A DNA stretch of 64,000 nucleotides from Lama glama (taxonomy: Eukaryota), in the NCBI GenBank assembly GCA_028534125.1, contig CM052827.1, forward strand, positions 46,562,001 to 46,626,000, in the 5' to 3' direction. The notes beneath the pieces were generated by a model. The model saw only the letters and a list, made by a program, of their open reading frames with translations, had not been told where the DNA came from and did not search any database. The translations under genes and the position numbers were made by a program. Positions 1 through 12,475 of the stretch are shown piece by piece. Positions within the stretch are counted from its first letter, which is position 1, and each line of letters starts with the position of its first letter.

Positions 1-854
1 GGTGACCAGTAAATCATAACCCTTTATAAGCAATTGGTTTTTGTTGCCCTTTTGGAAATGGAGTCGATTTTAATAACTTGTGATTAATGAGTGTTGTGGA
101 ATTTAAAGCGGAAAAACTTTTTTAAAAAAATTAGATCTTCCTGGAAGCTGCAGTTCTGTTAAATTTTTGGTACTTCAGTTTGCTCTACAACTTCCCCTGT
201 TTAACTTTCTGTTCACTTGTACAGCTACTCTTTAAAGTATTTTAGAATAATTGTTTGCACCAGAAAGGGGCTTAGTAGTTGTTGAATCAGTTTTACAAAT
301 GTGTAATTCAAAAATTTTTTTCCTTAGGAGATTTGGTTTTTGCCTTTTTCTCAACTGAAATATTAATATAAATAACTACAAAATAGGTACAAAGTTCATT
401 GTAAACTAATGGGTAGTATAGTATTTATAGTGATTTTGAAATGAGGAAGGCTTGTTTAGGCATAATTCACTTCCATTATTAAAAACACCTATCGCAGTGC
501 AAAATTGATTGAAATGTTAATTAATGAATGGTGGTAACACGTAAACTTAGTTGTAATTTCATTTGCTTTCATTGTGCCAGTATTTATGTTTCATGAAACG
601 GTATTGCCTATACACGTTTTCAGAAAATTGGAGTGGCAAAAGTAAGCTGAACATAAATGTTAGCAACACTTTGGGTTTATTTTTAAGTCTGATTTAAATG
701 CTTTTAAATTCTAGCATGGAGAAGGTAGACAAGGAAATAGTATGATTTCTCATGATTTTCTTTTTAAAAGAGTAGTAATGAAAACAAGAAAGAAAATCAT
801 CTGCGGTGGAATTTAATGATTGGATCCTGCGTGAGTCAGGCTAAGCATTTTAGA

Positions 855-937
855 TTTTTTTTTTTAATGGAGGTACTGGGGATTGAACCCAGGACCTCAC
901 ACATCCTAAACACGCACTATACCGCTGAGTTATACCT
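855..937 (-). mobile_element. tRNA-derived SINE (camelid vic-1-like)
   Basis: Reverse complement reads GGTATAACTCAGCGGTATAGTGCG...GGTCCTGGGTTCAATCCCCAGTACCTCCATTAAAA, with A box, B box and A tail. Confidence 0.85.
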
Positions 938-2813
938 AACTCGTCCCCACCCCGTGCTGAACATTTCAGTAACTTCGTTTTATTTAGTTATCTGCTGTCC
1001 TAAGAGTCCTGCCGCTTTAATGGCCATTCAGTAATTCAGCAAAAATATTGAGTGCGTACCCTGTGCTAGGCACCATGATATGCATATTACTTGTTTACTA
1101 TTGGGAATGACAACAGCAAATTAACGAGCGTCCTGATTTAAAATTGAGTTGTTAAAGGTTACAATTTAAAACATTTATATAGATTATATCATATTTTCAT
1201 CCTGTTGCTTGAACCCCCTTCCCTGATTGACATGAAACAGTGCAAAACTTGGGAACATTTCTGATGCCAATAGCTTTCAACACATTTAAACAAACACAAA
1301 TGATGAACTTTGACAATTGAAGTGAAAGTACATCTCTAATTAATGAAAATTTGTTGTCAGGGAACTGATTAAATGATTTGGGATAATTAATTTGAACTGA
1401 CCAATTCTGCCTAAAACTAGAGGAAATTTTTGTGATCATTGCATTCGCTCATAGTGAAATCCCCACAGTAATGCTTCTTCCACCCTGTTTGGATGTTGTA
1501 TGGCTACCCCTGTCCTGGTCCTCAGCAGCAGGCTCACCCCAGTCTTTTCATTACCTGGAAATAATGTGGCCCCCACATTTTACACTGTGGAATTTCTTGG
1601 CCATTTACAGCATATGGCAGAGTGTTACTGTATGGTTGAATATCTTTATTAAAACTGACAGCTGTATTAGTAGTTCTCCAAAGAATTACATATTTATTGG
1701 AGTTTCATAATGAGCAGCTAGAGTAAATAAAGTTATTTGAAATACAGGATATTTGGAGATACCAGTTTTCCTTTGCATAGTGACAGCAAAATACTGAAAC
1801 ATGTCCTGAGACTAGATAGGCTATTTCGAGTTCGTGAGTTGACGATTGCCTCAGTGGTTTCTACAGACCAATATTGCAGATGAGTTTTATCCAGGGCCTG
1901 GCCCTTGTGCTCTGGAGTCTTGTTGGGGTCACAGTGTACTGAAATTACAGTGAATAATAAGTGGACCCACCTCATTCTAAGTTCTCTCTAGAGCAAAAGT
2001 TAGGACATCTATTCCAGGAGTCTTTTATGTGGAACAGACATGATTTAAATAGTGGTTCACATAGGAAAACTTACAGGAGAAAAGTATTACAAAGCTTAAT
2101 GATTATTTAATGCCAGGCCTAGTGGCACATTTACTTTGTACGGTACTCAGAATGTAATATTCAGGTAACTAAGAAAAGTTGTATTGTCTACTTGAATTAG
2201 TTACATCAAGCTTATTTTCTATTTTTGTATGTTTTCAAATTTCAGACAGCCAAGTATTTGATTTTAATGGATCGTTTTTTTCAAGTGGCACACTAAAGGT
2301 GGCTGTTGACACATCTTACTGATAATATACTAAATATGAAGACTAATAGGAAGCGCTTGCTTTTGAATTTGTAATTAGGCTGTTACATTTCTATTTAGTA
2401 CCACACATGCAAGAATCACTGTGGCACAAAACAGATAAATCTGTTTGCAGTGGAATTTACTGGCCTTGAGCCACTGGATTACTGTCATTTGTCACTTTAG
2501 TGCTACTTCAGCAGTGTAGATGTTCATTTCCAAAGACTTACATGTGCTTGGACTGCAGTTTTCCTATTTATTGAAGTGATCTCCCAATAGGTCTTTCTGT
2601 GACCATTTCTGTCAATGCAGGCTGGATTAAGAACTAGTGTAGGCAAAATAAAGGTAGCCCATGGGGTAGGTTTATAGTACAGTTTGTTTCAAGGATCAGA
2701 AATTATAGAATCTGTCATAAACCTAGATGTGGAGTCTTCAAAATGCAGACTTTTCATGAATGGACTACTTTCTGGACTATTTGAAAGTTCCTCTATCATG
2801 ACCCCATTTTCAG

Positions 2814-2910
2814 CAGAAGACCTGATAAACCAGAAGCTGTCGACCAGTAACTCCATTCTGCTCTCTGTCTTGAAATATGCCCTGGTTGCCCTCTCCTGGG
2901 AACAGGGGAG
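2814..2910 (+). other. USP10: Homologue of the alternative USP10 intron-1 cassette exon (MPWLPSPG... start), out of frame here
   Basis: Acceptor ttttCAG|CAG|AAG (2813 or 2816) and donor GAG|GTGAGG (2910). ATG 2877 reads MPWLPSPG-NRG, matching the recalled human alternative N-terminus MPWLPSPGIGQ. ATG to donor is 34 nt, not 33. Confidence 0.7.
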
Positions 2911-4547
2911 GTGAGGTGTAGAGGTGGAAATGTGGTTTGATGCAGGGGGACAGAGGATTAAAGTGTATCTTCCTGTACTTGCCCTTTCTGGCTTACTTGA
3001 GAGTTGTGAGATGTCAGTATTCCTGGGGAGTGCTAGTGCAGTGCCTGCCTCGGGTTGAGGGGGGCTGCTCCGGGGCCTCCCTGGTGGGCTTGTCTGAAGC
3101 TTTATTGGTTGCCATTCTTCAGGTCAATTCTCAATTTATTTTTCTGATATCAGCTCAGGGGCCATCTCTTAAGCTTACACTCTGATTTAAAAAGTGTCAC
3201 AACTAGTGCTTTAGAAATGAAAGTACTTCCTAATAGAAAGGCTCGTGTCCCCGCTCTTATGCTTTTGGTACCTGATTTTTACATCTAGCTGCCTGCCTCC
3301 CTCCTTCCCTTTCTTTAGTAGAAGTACAGTTTTGTTCCCCCATTTGTACTTGTTTTATGAAGAAATGTTTCTTTTCATCTGTGTGTATTAGATGCAGACA
3401 AATGCCCTTGCTTTTTGAGCAAAACAGTCATAAAAGCTTGAAAAGATTCATGACAGCCCCAAACTACATTCTCATTGGCGCTACTATGGAAAAAAATGTT
3501 GAAATGTGAATTGAATATTATTAGAGATCAGGTATAACCTTCTGTAAGAAACAGTGTAGGAAAAAACACGCGTTTAAGACTGCACGAAATAGAGGGGTTC
3601 GTGTTACAGACCTGTTATTGTGGACACGCTGGCTGGGGTGGGAAGGGAGTTGTCCCAGGATCAGCACTACCCCCAACCCCCCCCCCCCCGGAGCTGTAGT
3701 CCACTGATTGCACTGGATGGAACTGGTGGGGACGGCTTTTTGGACTATTTTCTCAACTTACTCTACTCACTGTTCACAAAAATAGAAGTTTACCATTCTT
3801 GTGAGTACCAGTCAAAAATACTCATTTTTATGTTTTAAAATATATTGAATAAAGCTGGATATCTGTAAAATTCCTTGTTGCAAGCCATGGAGCTTGTGAA
3901 CTAGAACTGCCCAAGAACATTTAATACATGGTTCTGAGTGGGAAATTTTGATTTGCCTTTTGGTCTTATGAGTTACAGTCTGCATTGTTTAATTGTTCTT
4001 GCATAAACATGATAGTATCCTTTGCTCTGGATATAAGTAGTACACTTAAAAATTTTATTATATTCATTTAAATTTAGTCAGGAATAGTCAACTTGTGAAT
4101 TAATTTAGTATAACTCTCAAGAGGATTTCTAATGTTCCTTTTCTTGTATCTCTTGTTTTAGACCATTGTAACTCCAGAGAAGTGAAGCAATATCTCTCTT
4201 GACTTTCATCATTAAAATATATACTCTCCCTAATCTTTCTGAAAACATCAGTCTTTTCTCTTTTGATGGGACTTGCAGGAAAATGGAAGATAATTTGATA
4301 ATGAAGTTTAATTCTGGAGTTTTTGGAGATTCTTGCCTGGCGTAAAAAACTTGATATTTTAAAGTAGTAATTCCCTTTAGATGGCTGGCAAGATGTGTGT
4401 ATTTGAGACCTGGAAGGACAGGGAAGAACATGTTTGTTATAAAACACTAAGCATTGCAGTAATCAACATGTGGAGAATGTTGCATGGTGTATAAAGTGTG
4501 ATGGCTTTTTTGGTCCTTAGAATAATTCTGTAAAGTATTGTTAAAGT

Positions 4548-4660
4548 CACCATTTTACAGGTGAATAAAGTGAGACTCAGAGAGGTTGTGACTTAACCAC
4601 ATGGCCACCAAGTGAGGGAACAGGTACTTAAAAGCAGGTCTTTGGACTTCTGTCCTTTGC
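4548..4660. mobile_element. MIR SINE
   Basis: Core CCATTTTACAGGTGA...GAGACTCAGAGAGGTTGTGACTT. Confidence 0.65.
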
Positions 4661-5892
4661 CTTTTCTACTTTATCTAACTAATAAAGGCATGATGTTTCG
4701 CACTGTGACTTCCCCATAGTAGTTCCTCAAAATTTATGTAACAGCCGAATGAATGAAATAAAGGTTTAAATGTTTAAAGACATTGATGTCTTACTAACTA
4801 CTAGGTATTAATAATATGTTACTAATTGTTAATTGCCAAGTTTTTTTGTGGTGTGTATTTCAAGTACAGAATAAAGACTTGGAATTTCTGAAAGATGAAA
4901 ATAGTACAGAAGTATTTAGAATAACAGTGTAAGTCACTCTTTCCCTTTCTGATCCTTAGTCCTCATTTTGATGTCTGTCTTGTGTGCTTTTCTCTGTTGT
5001 TTTTCCCTTGAATCATAATACAGTCTGTTCTAACCAGATAGTCACTAAGCTGAACTTTTTGGAGCAAATCTTGCTTTTAAAATTATTGGCAGCATCTATT
5101 CAAGTATAGGAAGTTTTCTTATTTTTACATTTTGCCAGGGAATGGAGCAGATGTTTTGGAGCTTCAATTGGTTCCCTGGGATCCAGTATATTGGGAACTG
5201 TGGAAGTGCTATAAACATTTCTGACTAATATGCCCAAACAACTTTTTTTTTTTAAGAAATTATATTTTGAAGACATTCAACCCCTTGGTTTTAGCAGCCA
5301 TGCTGTCCATTTTCTATATTGTGAAAAAAAAGTTCTGATTCAGATTCTTGTCTTTCGGTCAACTCTGCACTAGAGGTGATTACTGAGAGGAGAAACCTTT
5401 GGATAGTTGGACGGATTGTTAGGTCATCAGCCCTAGTTAATAGTTGGAAACTGGGTAATGAACCTGTGTCTTTCCTGTCTTCTCCAAAATCAGGCTTTCT
5501 CCTTCTCCCTCTTTGCTATATCAGAGTAGTGCAATGGCAAAACAAAAACAATAACTATTCCTCACCTCAGGTCCCTCTCCCTAGATTCCACCGCTTCTAA
5601 TAAAATGCAGAGTCGGGTCTTCCAAGAGTGGCATTCTGTTTCCTTTGGAATTAATTTGTAGGATACCAGACACTTTGATTCAGCACTACGTATAAAGGAC
5701 TTTATATCTTTTGTGATTGTTCAAACAAAGAATTTTGGTGGCCAGACATTAACAATATAGAGCGGAAAGGAGGGTTTCTGTGCTTTAGCAGTTTACAGAG
5801 TAGTGGGGGAGAGAGACAGGCTGACTGGTAAATCCTATTTTAGGGTGGTAATTCCTGTAACAGAAGTGTGAATAACAGTCAAGAACTTTCAC

Positions 5893-6770
5893 TCCTTCAT
5901 TCAGAACATAGTGAGTGGCTGCTGTGTACCAGGCACTGAGGAGTGGTGAGCAGAAACAAGCATTGTCCCTCTCACCAGGGAGCTGACTGTCTAGTGAGAG
6001 AGTCTCAGTAATGTGTATGTCATTCCAAATGGAGAAACTTGTCCGGAAGGAAAGGCACACAGTCTGTTGGCGTGGCCTGGGGAATTCAAGGAAGGACTCC
6101 CTGAAATTGGTGTCTTAGCTGAGATACATAGCCTGAGATGGTGGAAACAGGTTCTATGGCTGGAAGGAGTCTGGAGCACCTGAGAATGCAGAGGAATCCC
6201 ATGTGTCTTGTGCTCAGCATGGAGGTGGAAGGCAGGTAGCCTTACCCGGAGGAAAATGTGGAAGAGGGCATGATGTAGCTTGGACCACAAAACATCATAG
6301 TCAGGTTGCATTTGGGGCTCACACTCTGACTGCCTTGTGCAGACAGATTCTAGCAGGGCACAGTGGCCGTCTGGAAATCTGATACAAGGTTCTTGGACAT
6401 TTCATTAGGGAGGGTGCGGTGGAGGTGGTGGGGGTAAGTGGTGTGATCCAAGAGATATTTAGATGTAAGATGACTGAAAAAGGAAGAGCGTCAGGGAAGC
6501 AGGGAAGAAGACGTCTTCTGTAACCTGTGGGCGGAGAAGCACAAGAATGGGGTACAGGAGGAGAACACACAGGAGTGGAGTCTCCAAGGCTGCACATATG
6601 TGGGAACTCAGGGTAGACTGATGGGTGTGTAGCGTGAAGTGCTGGGACACGAGTCAGGATGGTCCAACCACAGCCTGCATTTGATCCTGTAGTAGGTGGG
6701 AAAGCACAGGTTTTAGGAGGTGGGTAGTCCGACTTTGTGTTTGCATTGCTGAGTGATGGGGGCCCTTCGT
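5893..6770 (-). mobile_element. L2 fragment
   Basis: Tail TTCATTCA...TGTGTACCAGGCACTG...GGAGCTGACTGTCTAG followed by a purine-rich L2 body. Confidence 0.6.
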
Positions 6771-7092
6771 GGGTTGGCAAGGGTTTCACTCGTCTGTCTC
6801 GCCTCCAGATCTGAGAATGTGCTCTCTGCTCACCTCAGCACCTGAAAGCATCTTAAACCCCAAAACTTTGAGGGGGGAAAAGTAGAACATTCTTTTGGGG
6901 ATATCTGCGGTGGATTAATGCAGGGCAAATAGCCCCTGAATATCCTTAGTGGTAACTGTATAGAGCCGTTAGGGAAGGTCATTTGGTGATATTAGTCCTT
7001 TTATTTTTTTGGCAGGGGGCACTTACAAAAACACGCATTTGTCCCTTGATTATGCTCCTAGAAAATAAAGGAATATTAAAAACATATCACAT

Positions 7093-7184
7093 GGGGATAA
7101 TAGCTCAGTGGTAGAGCTCATGCTTAGCATGCTGGAGGTCCTGGTTCCTCCATTAAAAAATACATATATATATATATATATATA
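7093..7184 (+). mobile_element. tRNA-derived SINE (vic-1-like) with the B-box region internally deleted, followed by (TA)n
   Basis: GGGGATAATAGCTCAGTGGTAGAGCTCATGCTTAGCATGC...GGTCCTGGTTCCTCCATTAAAAAA, then a TA repeat. Confidence 0.85.
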
Positions 7185-9724
7185 ACGCATAATGTTTCAT
7201 GACTCTGAGATGACTTCTGTTATATTTTGAAATGCTTCCCTTTGATACTTTTTGTAGTAAATTTTAGACACTTGGAATAATTTTATGTAATAATATTCTT
7301 AAGTTGTGATCCTTGGTTATGGTCTTCTCTCATGAGACTCTCCTGGCACCCCGGGTGTCTGGCCATCCAGACATGCTACGTAGGGAACCCTCAGTGGCCC
7401 CCAGATCTGTGCCTCAGTGTGTGCCATCCCGCCCCAGGTGCTTCAGCTGTGCACAGGTGTCAGCCTCTACATGGCCTTGTGTGCAACCTTTGCCCTTAAC
7501 CTGCTGAGCCCTTTTCCTTGAATAGGATTAACCAAGTCATATTTTGGACAAACATTTTTTAACTTTACCAGTCTAAGTTAGGTATGAACAACAGCAAGAC
7601 GCCGGTTTGTGGCCCTCTGAGAGGTGATGTTACCTAATTTTAGTGCTGAGTGGACTGAATTGTGGGAACAGAACCAGCAGAGGAGCGTGAAAATTTTGCC
7701 ACTTTGAAGACCTGCCACATTGGGTCTTCAGAATGAGAGTTCAGTAACTAACTGATGGACTCATTCCTTCTCAACAAATATTTATCCACCTCTTGCTGTA
7801 TGCTGGGGCCTGTGTTGGGGTTTGTAAGTTGCAAAACACAGTTACAGAAAAACGTATATGCACAAATATGTTTCCCGAAGCCACGAGAGCACTCTGTATC
7901 ATGAAATAGGACCATCATGGACAACGTGGAGCACAGACTTTACCACAGCTCATTTTAACTCTGACCGTCTGATGTCCCAGAGCTAGACAAACTTTTTAAT
8001 TCATCCTGAAGCCTGATTGTGGTCAAAATCTCTTTGGGGATGTGTGCACAGCATTAATCCAGCTTGCTGTCAGAGTTTCTTGCTGCTTTTTTTTGTTGCT
8101 GATCATGGATTTGTCAGCTTAGGAAATTCTTGTCTCTAGTTTTTCACAAATGGGTCACAAACAGATGCTAAAATGATCACTCTTGGCTCCATCTTGGTTC
8201 TTATTGAATTGTTGCCTTTTCCTTACCACACTACACAGTGTGAATTAAGTGCCAGAAGCATACATTTTCTTTTTCATTTGTGACTAGAGTTCTATTCAGT
8301 GAGAAAGAGATAAGAGATAGCTTAAAAAAAAAATCTCAAAAAGCATTCTCTTCAGTTTTTGTCTGGAAGCTTAGCTGACTGTAACTTGAACTTCACATGC
8401 AGTGACACTGTAGCAATATCCTAACAGAGACTAGTCCTGGACACAGTTGCCAGAGCTCAGTTTGGGAAGAGTTTGCCTCTCACCCTGTGGCACATGTTGA
8501 ACAAAGGAAGTTTTTTCTTTTTAAGGTGGCCGGAAAGTAAAATACATTGCCATTTTGTTTCTTTGCCACTGATTTCTTTTTGGGAGAAAATGTAGCTTTG
8601 AATTAGCTTTGTCACTTCTCTGTGGAAAGGGAAAGGACTCCCACATATGTCGTGTGCAGGGTGAGCTCTGAGGGCCCCACGGACTTTGATGTGTGATGTG
8701 TAGGTGCCCAGTCTTCCCTCCGACACCAGTCAGCCTTTCATGGAGCCTGCAGCCTACCAGTGCCCAGAGCGTGGAGGGACGTGGGCCCTTCCTGGCCCAG
8801 GGATGCTGGTCATCTGACTGGGGTCTGGCAGGTGCTCGGAGGTGGGAGCCCAGGGGCTGGGAGCCACGATTGGTCTGCTTCTCCTCTAGTGGCCCGGCCC
8901 AGTGTGGCTCTTGGTTGTCCTGCGTTTGGGATGGCGAGTTAACTGCCCGAGGAGCAGCTGAAGGGGATAGAGGGCTTCTGGCTTTAATGGGTGTTTGGGG
9001 ACTGCACATGGATTTGTTGGACTTGGTGTTTCTAGTTCTGGGAATGAAGAGCAGGACCGCGGTGCAGAGCCACAAGGGCCAGATTTGCCCCGCTAGAGAC
9101 ACCTTTGTAGTGATGAGAGCTGAGTTAGGAGGGGTGGGCTGCCCAGGAGCTACTCAGATAGATTGTCATTTCTGCATTAAGGATGCAGGTGACCTCTGAG
9201 CTTCCTCAAAGGGTTTTCCTGGCTCTTTGTCTCTGTTGTGTAGTTTCTTGACTCCAGGTGACTGACCTGTATATCACCTAAAAAGCTGTTTGATTTCATT
9301 CTTTGGGCTGTTTTTTAACAAATGTAGGCCTAAGATCAGAGGACAGAGTTACTGATGTAAATAAAATGCCTTCACCGTAGCTTTCCCAAGCCCATTAGTG
9401 GGCCACAGTAATGATCTTTTTTTGCTGACCTGGTCTGAGCAGATGCCATAGCCACAGAGCTGTCCACCTTCCCCGGTGGTGAGCCTCACTGTGTGTCAGG
9501 GATGAGTGTGCAAGCAGCACTTTTCCCTTGGCTTGCCTCAGTTACTTTTTATGTTCCCCTCTGTTACCTTAGGTGTCTCAGCCAGTGTCATCATGCATCC
9601 ACTGCTCAGCTATGCTCCAGGCATACAAGCATGAATACAGACAAGCCCTCCCTAGCTGGGACCCTCTGCTGCAGCGCACTCCTCCCCTCTGTCCACATGC
9701 GTGCGTGCTCCGTGGCTGGGGCCA

Positions 9725-9999
9725 CTCCTCTCAGGGAGGCCGCCACCATTGCCTTCTCTAAGTTGAAGCCTCCAGTACCTCATCCCCTGCCCTCCCAGCC
9801 TTGTTTTCCCTTCAGAGCACTTAACCACCTCCTCATATCCTATGTGTAATATCCTAACATGGTGGTTTCGTTCATTTTCTCTCTCCCTACTAGAATGTAA
9901 GTTTAATGAGGGCAAGTGTTTGTTTTGTTCCTGATACATTCCCAGTGCCTAGAACATAATAAGTGCTCAAAAATATTTATTGATGAATAAATTAATGAA
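9725..9999 (+). mobile_element. L2a 3' end
   Basis: CTACTAGAATGTAAG...CCCAGTGCCTAGAACA...GTGCTCAAAAATATTTATTGATGAATAAATTAATGAA. Confidence 0.75.
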
Positions 10000-11499
10000 A
10001 GCTCTAACACAGTCCATATATTCAGGAAGTCCACAGTTGAATATAGGAAAGAGGGTAATCAGCTATTAAAATCCAGAATGAGTGAGTCTGCAGGTTTGTT
10101 AGGAAAATAGTTTGCAAAGATGAGACTCTGGAAGTGGATTCTGTACTGTGAGAAGTCAGCCAGGCCATAAGGGGCCAGAGAGATGCCGGGAGAGATGCCA
10201 TGTGGACGTGGACATGCAGGGAGAGCTGCAGTGCTGGGCTGTGGGGCACAAAGCAGCTGAGTGAAAGGTAGTGGGGCGCCAGTCCTGGGGCTCTTGCATG
10301 CTCTGTGGAGCCTTTTGTCTTGAAGGCTGTTCCTAGGGACCCAAATAGTCAGACTCACATTTTACAGAAAGCACTGTGGTGGCCACCTGTGGTTTGGAGG
10401 TTGAAGGGTCAGACTGGGGGCCCAGAGACCAGTTAGGCCCCTGCTGTGATCCAGTTGAGAAATGCAAGAGGCCTCACCTCAGGCGTGGTAGTAGGTAGAG
10501 GAAGTGAAGGCTTTGGAATGCCCAGTCGTAATGGGGTGTGTGGGGAGCTTGGCAGTTTTGTTGTAATGTATTTGTGATAATGCGTTTTCTTTTTCAATAA
10601 AATAGGACTATGCTGTGTGTTGTTTAGTATTTCCCCCCATTTCTTGTGTTGTGAATACTCTTCATTATTGAACAGTTTAATGCAGTGTTATTTTTAAGTA
10701 CTGTAGAGTATTCACAGGTTGTTTTACTTGTACTAAAAACAGTGCTGTTTGCCGTATTTTGGACCTAGTTTTTAGTTTCTGATTGTGAATTATCTTGTTT
10801 CCTGGAGATAATTAAAGCATAACATTGTAAACCGAAAGATGAACATTCATTGGTAAATCGATTCATTGATTATTTGAGGGTAGAGTGGAAGATATATTTT
10901 GCTAAGTAATATTAAGAAAATAATTACATAACATAAATTAATAACAATTAAAACATGAAGTTTTTTATGTTTGTAGATTTTAAAACTATGTCTTAATTTG
11001 ATCAAAAGTAAGTTGCACTATAAAATATTTCAAAAAGATTGAGAAAGCTCTTTTATAATATATTTGTCAGTAAACTGGCTCATGTTTGATGGAGGCCAAC
11101 CATTTTAGCTCATGCATGTAGCTATATTCTGGACGGTGCCCAAAGCATTCTTGCCCTGTGTTGGTAGTAGGTGACTCAGCAGGTGACTAAGGTGTAGGAA
11201 ACAATTGGGGCACATTATGAGATGTGCAGTTAAGTCTTGAACTAGGTGTTGCACATGCTCACTTCTGCAAGGTAATTTAGGAGTTGAAGGAGATGGGTCA
11301 TGAGTAGCCTTGAGAATGAGTAGGATTTGGGCAAATGGAGAGAAAGAAGGAGGGCATTCTATGTGGGCAGAGTGAACAGGGCTGGGGTTTCAGATTAACC
11401 TGCTTTTTGGCTTTTTGAGCGATCTTTATATTAGTTCCCTGGTTGTTGCTGTGGAACTTGGAACAAACCTTTTGTTTCCTGTATTGCTTGCTCCATTTC

Positions 11500-11870
11500 T
11501 GTCTTAGGATGCTTTTGATAACAAGTGAAAGAAAGCTCGGCTCTAACTGGCTTACACCATAAACTAGAGATTTACTGGCTTAGGGAATGAGAAATTCGGG
11601 GAGTAGGTCATGCTTCAAGGTTGGTTTGACTCATCAATTTGGTGACATCTTTGAGGACCTGGTTTCTTTTCACTTGTGTTGTATCCTATTATCCTAAGGC
11701 TGGTTTCCCCTTGATGGCACAGTGGCTACTGTAGTTGCAGGCTTCACATTTGTGCCCAACACACGAGCCAGAGCAGGAGAGTGTGTCCCAGAATTCTTGG
11801 CAGCGCCCTGAACCAAGTGCTCTGGGCTCTGAGGGTGGCATGCCACACTGGGCTGCCCTCTAGAGCTGCG
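11500..11870. mobile_element. MaLR LTR remnant (MLT1J/K-like)
   Basis: TTAGGATGCTTTTG...CTAACTGGCTTA...GATTTACTGGCT...GACCTGGTTTCTTTTC pattern typical of old MLT1 elements. Confidence 0.55.
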
Positions 11871-12317
11871 GGTGGGGGTGTGTCAGCCTTCTAAACTGGG
11901 TGGCCACTACCCAACAGAGGAAGGGAATGCACATTGGAGTATGGCCACAAGTCCTTTACAGTCCCACCCTGAACACCCTCCACCCCCTTTTCCAAGTCTC
12001 CTCCTGGTCTCAGACGATAGACGCTGTCCTTTCTCCTTGGCAAGCCATCCTATGCTGTCCAATGGTATCTTACAATCTTAAATTTTACGTATCTGTGCCT
12101 TGGACTCAGGTTCCAATCCTGGCTCTCCTATTTTATGTTCATGGGATCTTGGGCAAGGTTATTTCTCTGAACTTCTCAAATTTTTTCATTTTCCCTCAGT
12201 CAATAACTACTTTCTGGATTCTAAGTGTTGTGCTTAAGTGGACAGAATCCAGAACTGAAAGACACAAGGATACAGTATTTACCTTATAGTGGGACCCTGG
12301 GATTACATGAGATACAG

Positions 12318-12475
12318 CAGTTGCTTCTCAAACTTAAACTACACTAACAGTCAGCTGGGATCTTGTTAAATGCTGCATATTTGGCTTCAGGAGATATGGG
12401 GTGGGACCTGAGAGCTGCATAAACTCCTGGGTTGTGCCTTTGCTGCTGGGCTAGGGACCACACACTGAGGAGCAG
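12318..12475. mobile_element. hAT-Charlie MITE (MER5-like)
   Basis: CAGTTGCTTCTCAAACTT...GGGGTGGGACCTGAGAGCTGCAT...GGGACCACACACTGAG. Confidence 0.6.

Noticed and set aside
3670-3689. Poly-C run with G-quadruplex potential on the minus strand
   Set aside because: Simple homopolymer of unreliable length with no supporting context
7093-7160. tRNA-like sequence (also at 855, 20021 and 35021)
   Set aside because: These are SINE copies with A-rich tails and decayed stems, and this copy lacks an intact B box; not functional tRNA genes
7705-7730. Small hairpin TGAAGACC...GGTCTTCA
   Set aside because: An 8-bp stem is expected by chance in 64 kb
8521-9199. Overlapping 193-aa (-) and 168-aa (+) ORFs
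   Set aside because: GTG starts, no domain motifs and no splice architecture; chance ORFs in a GC-rich intronic patch
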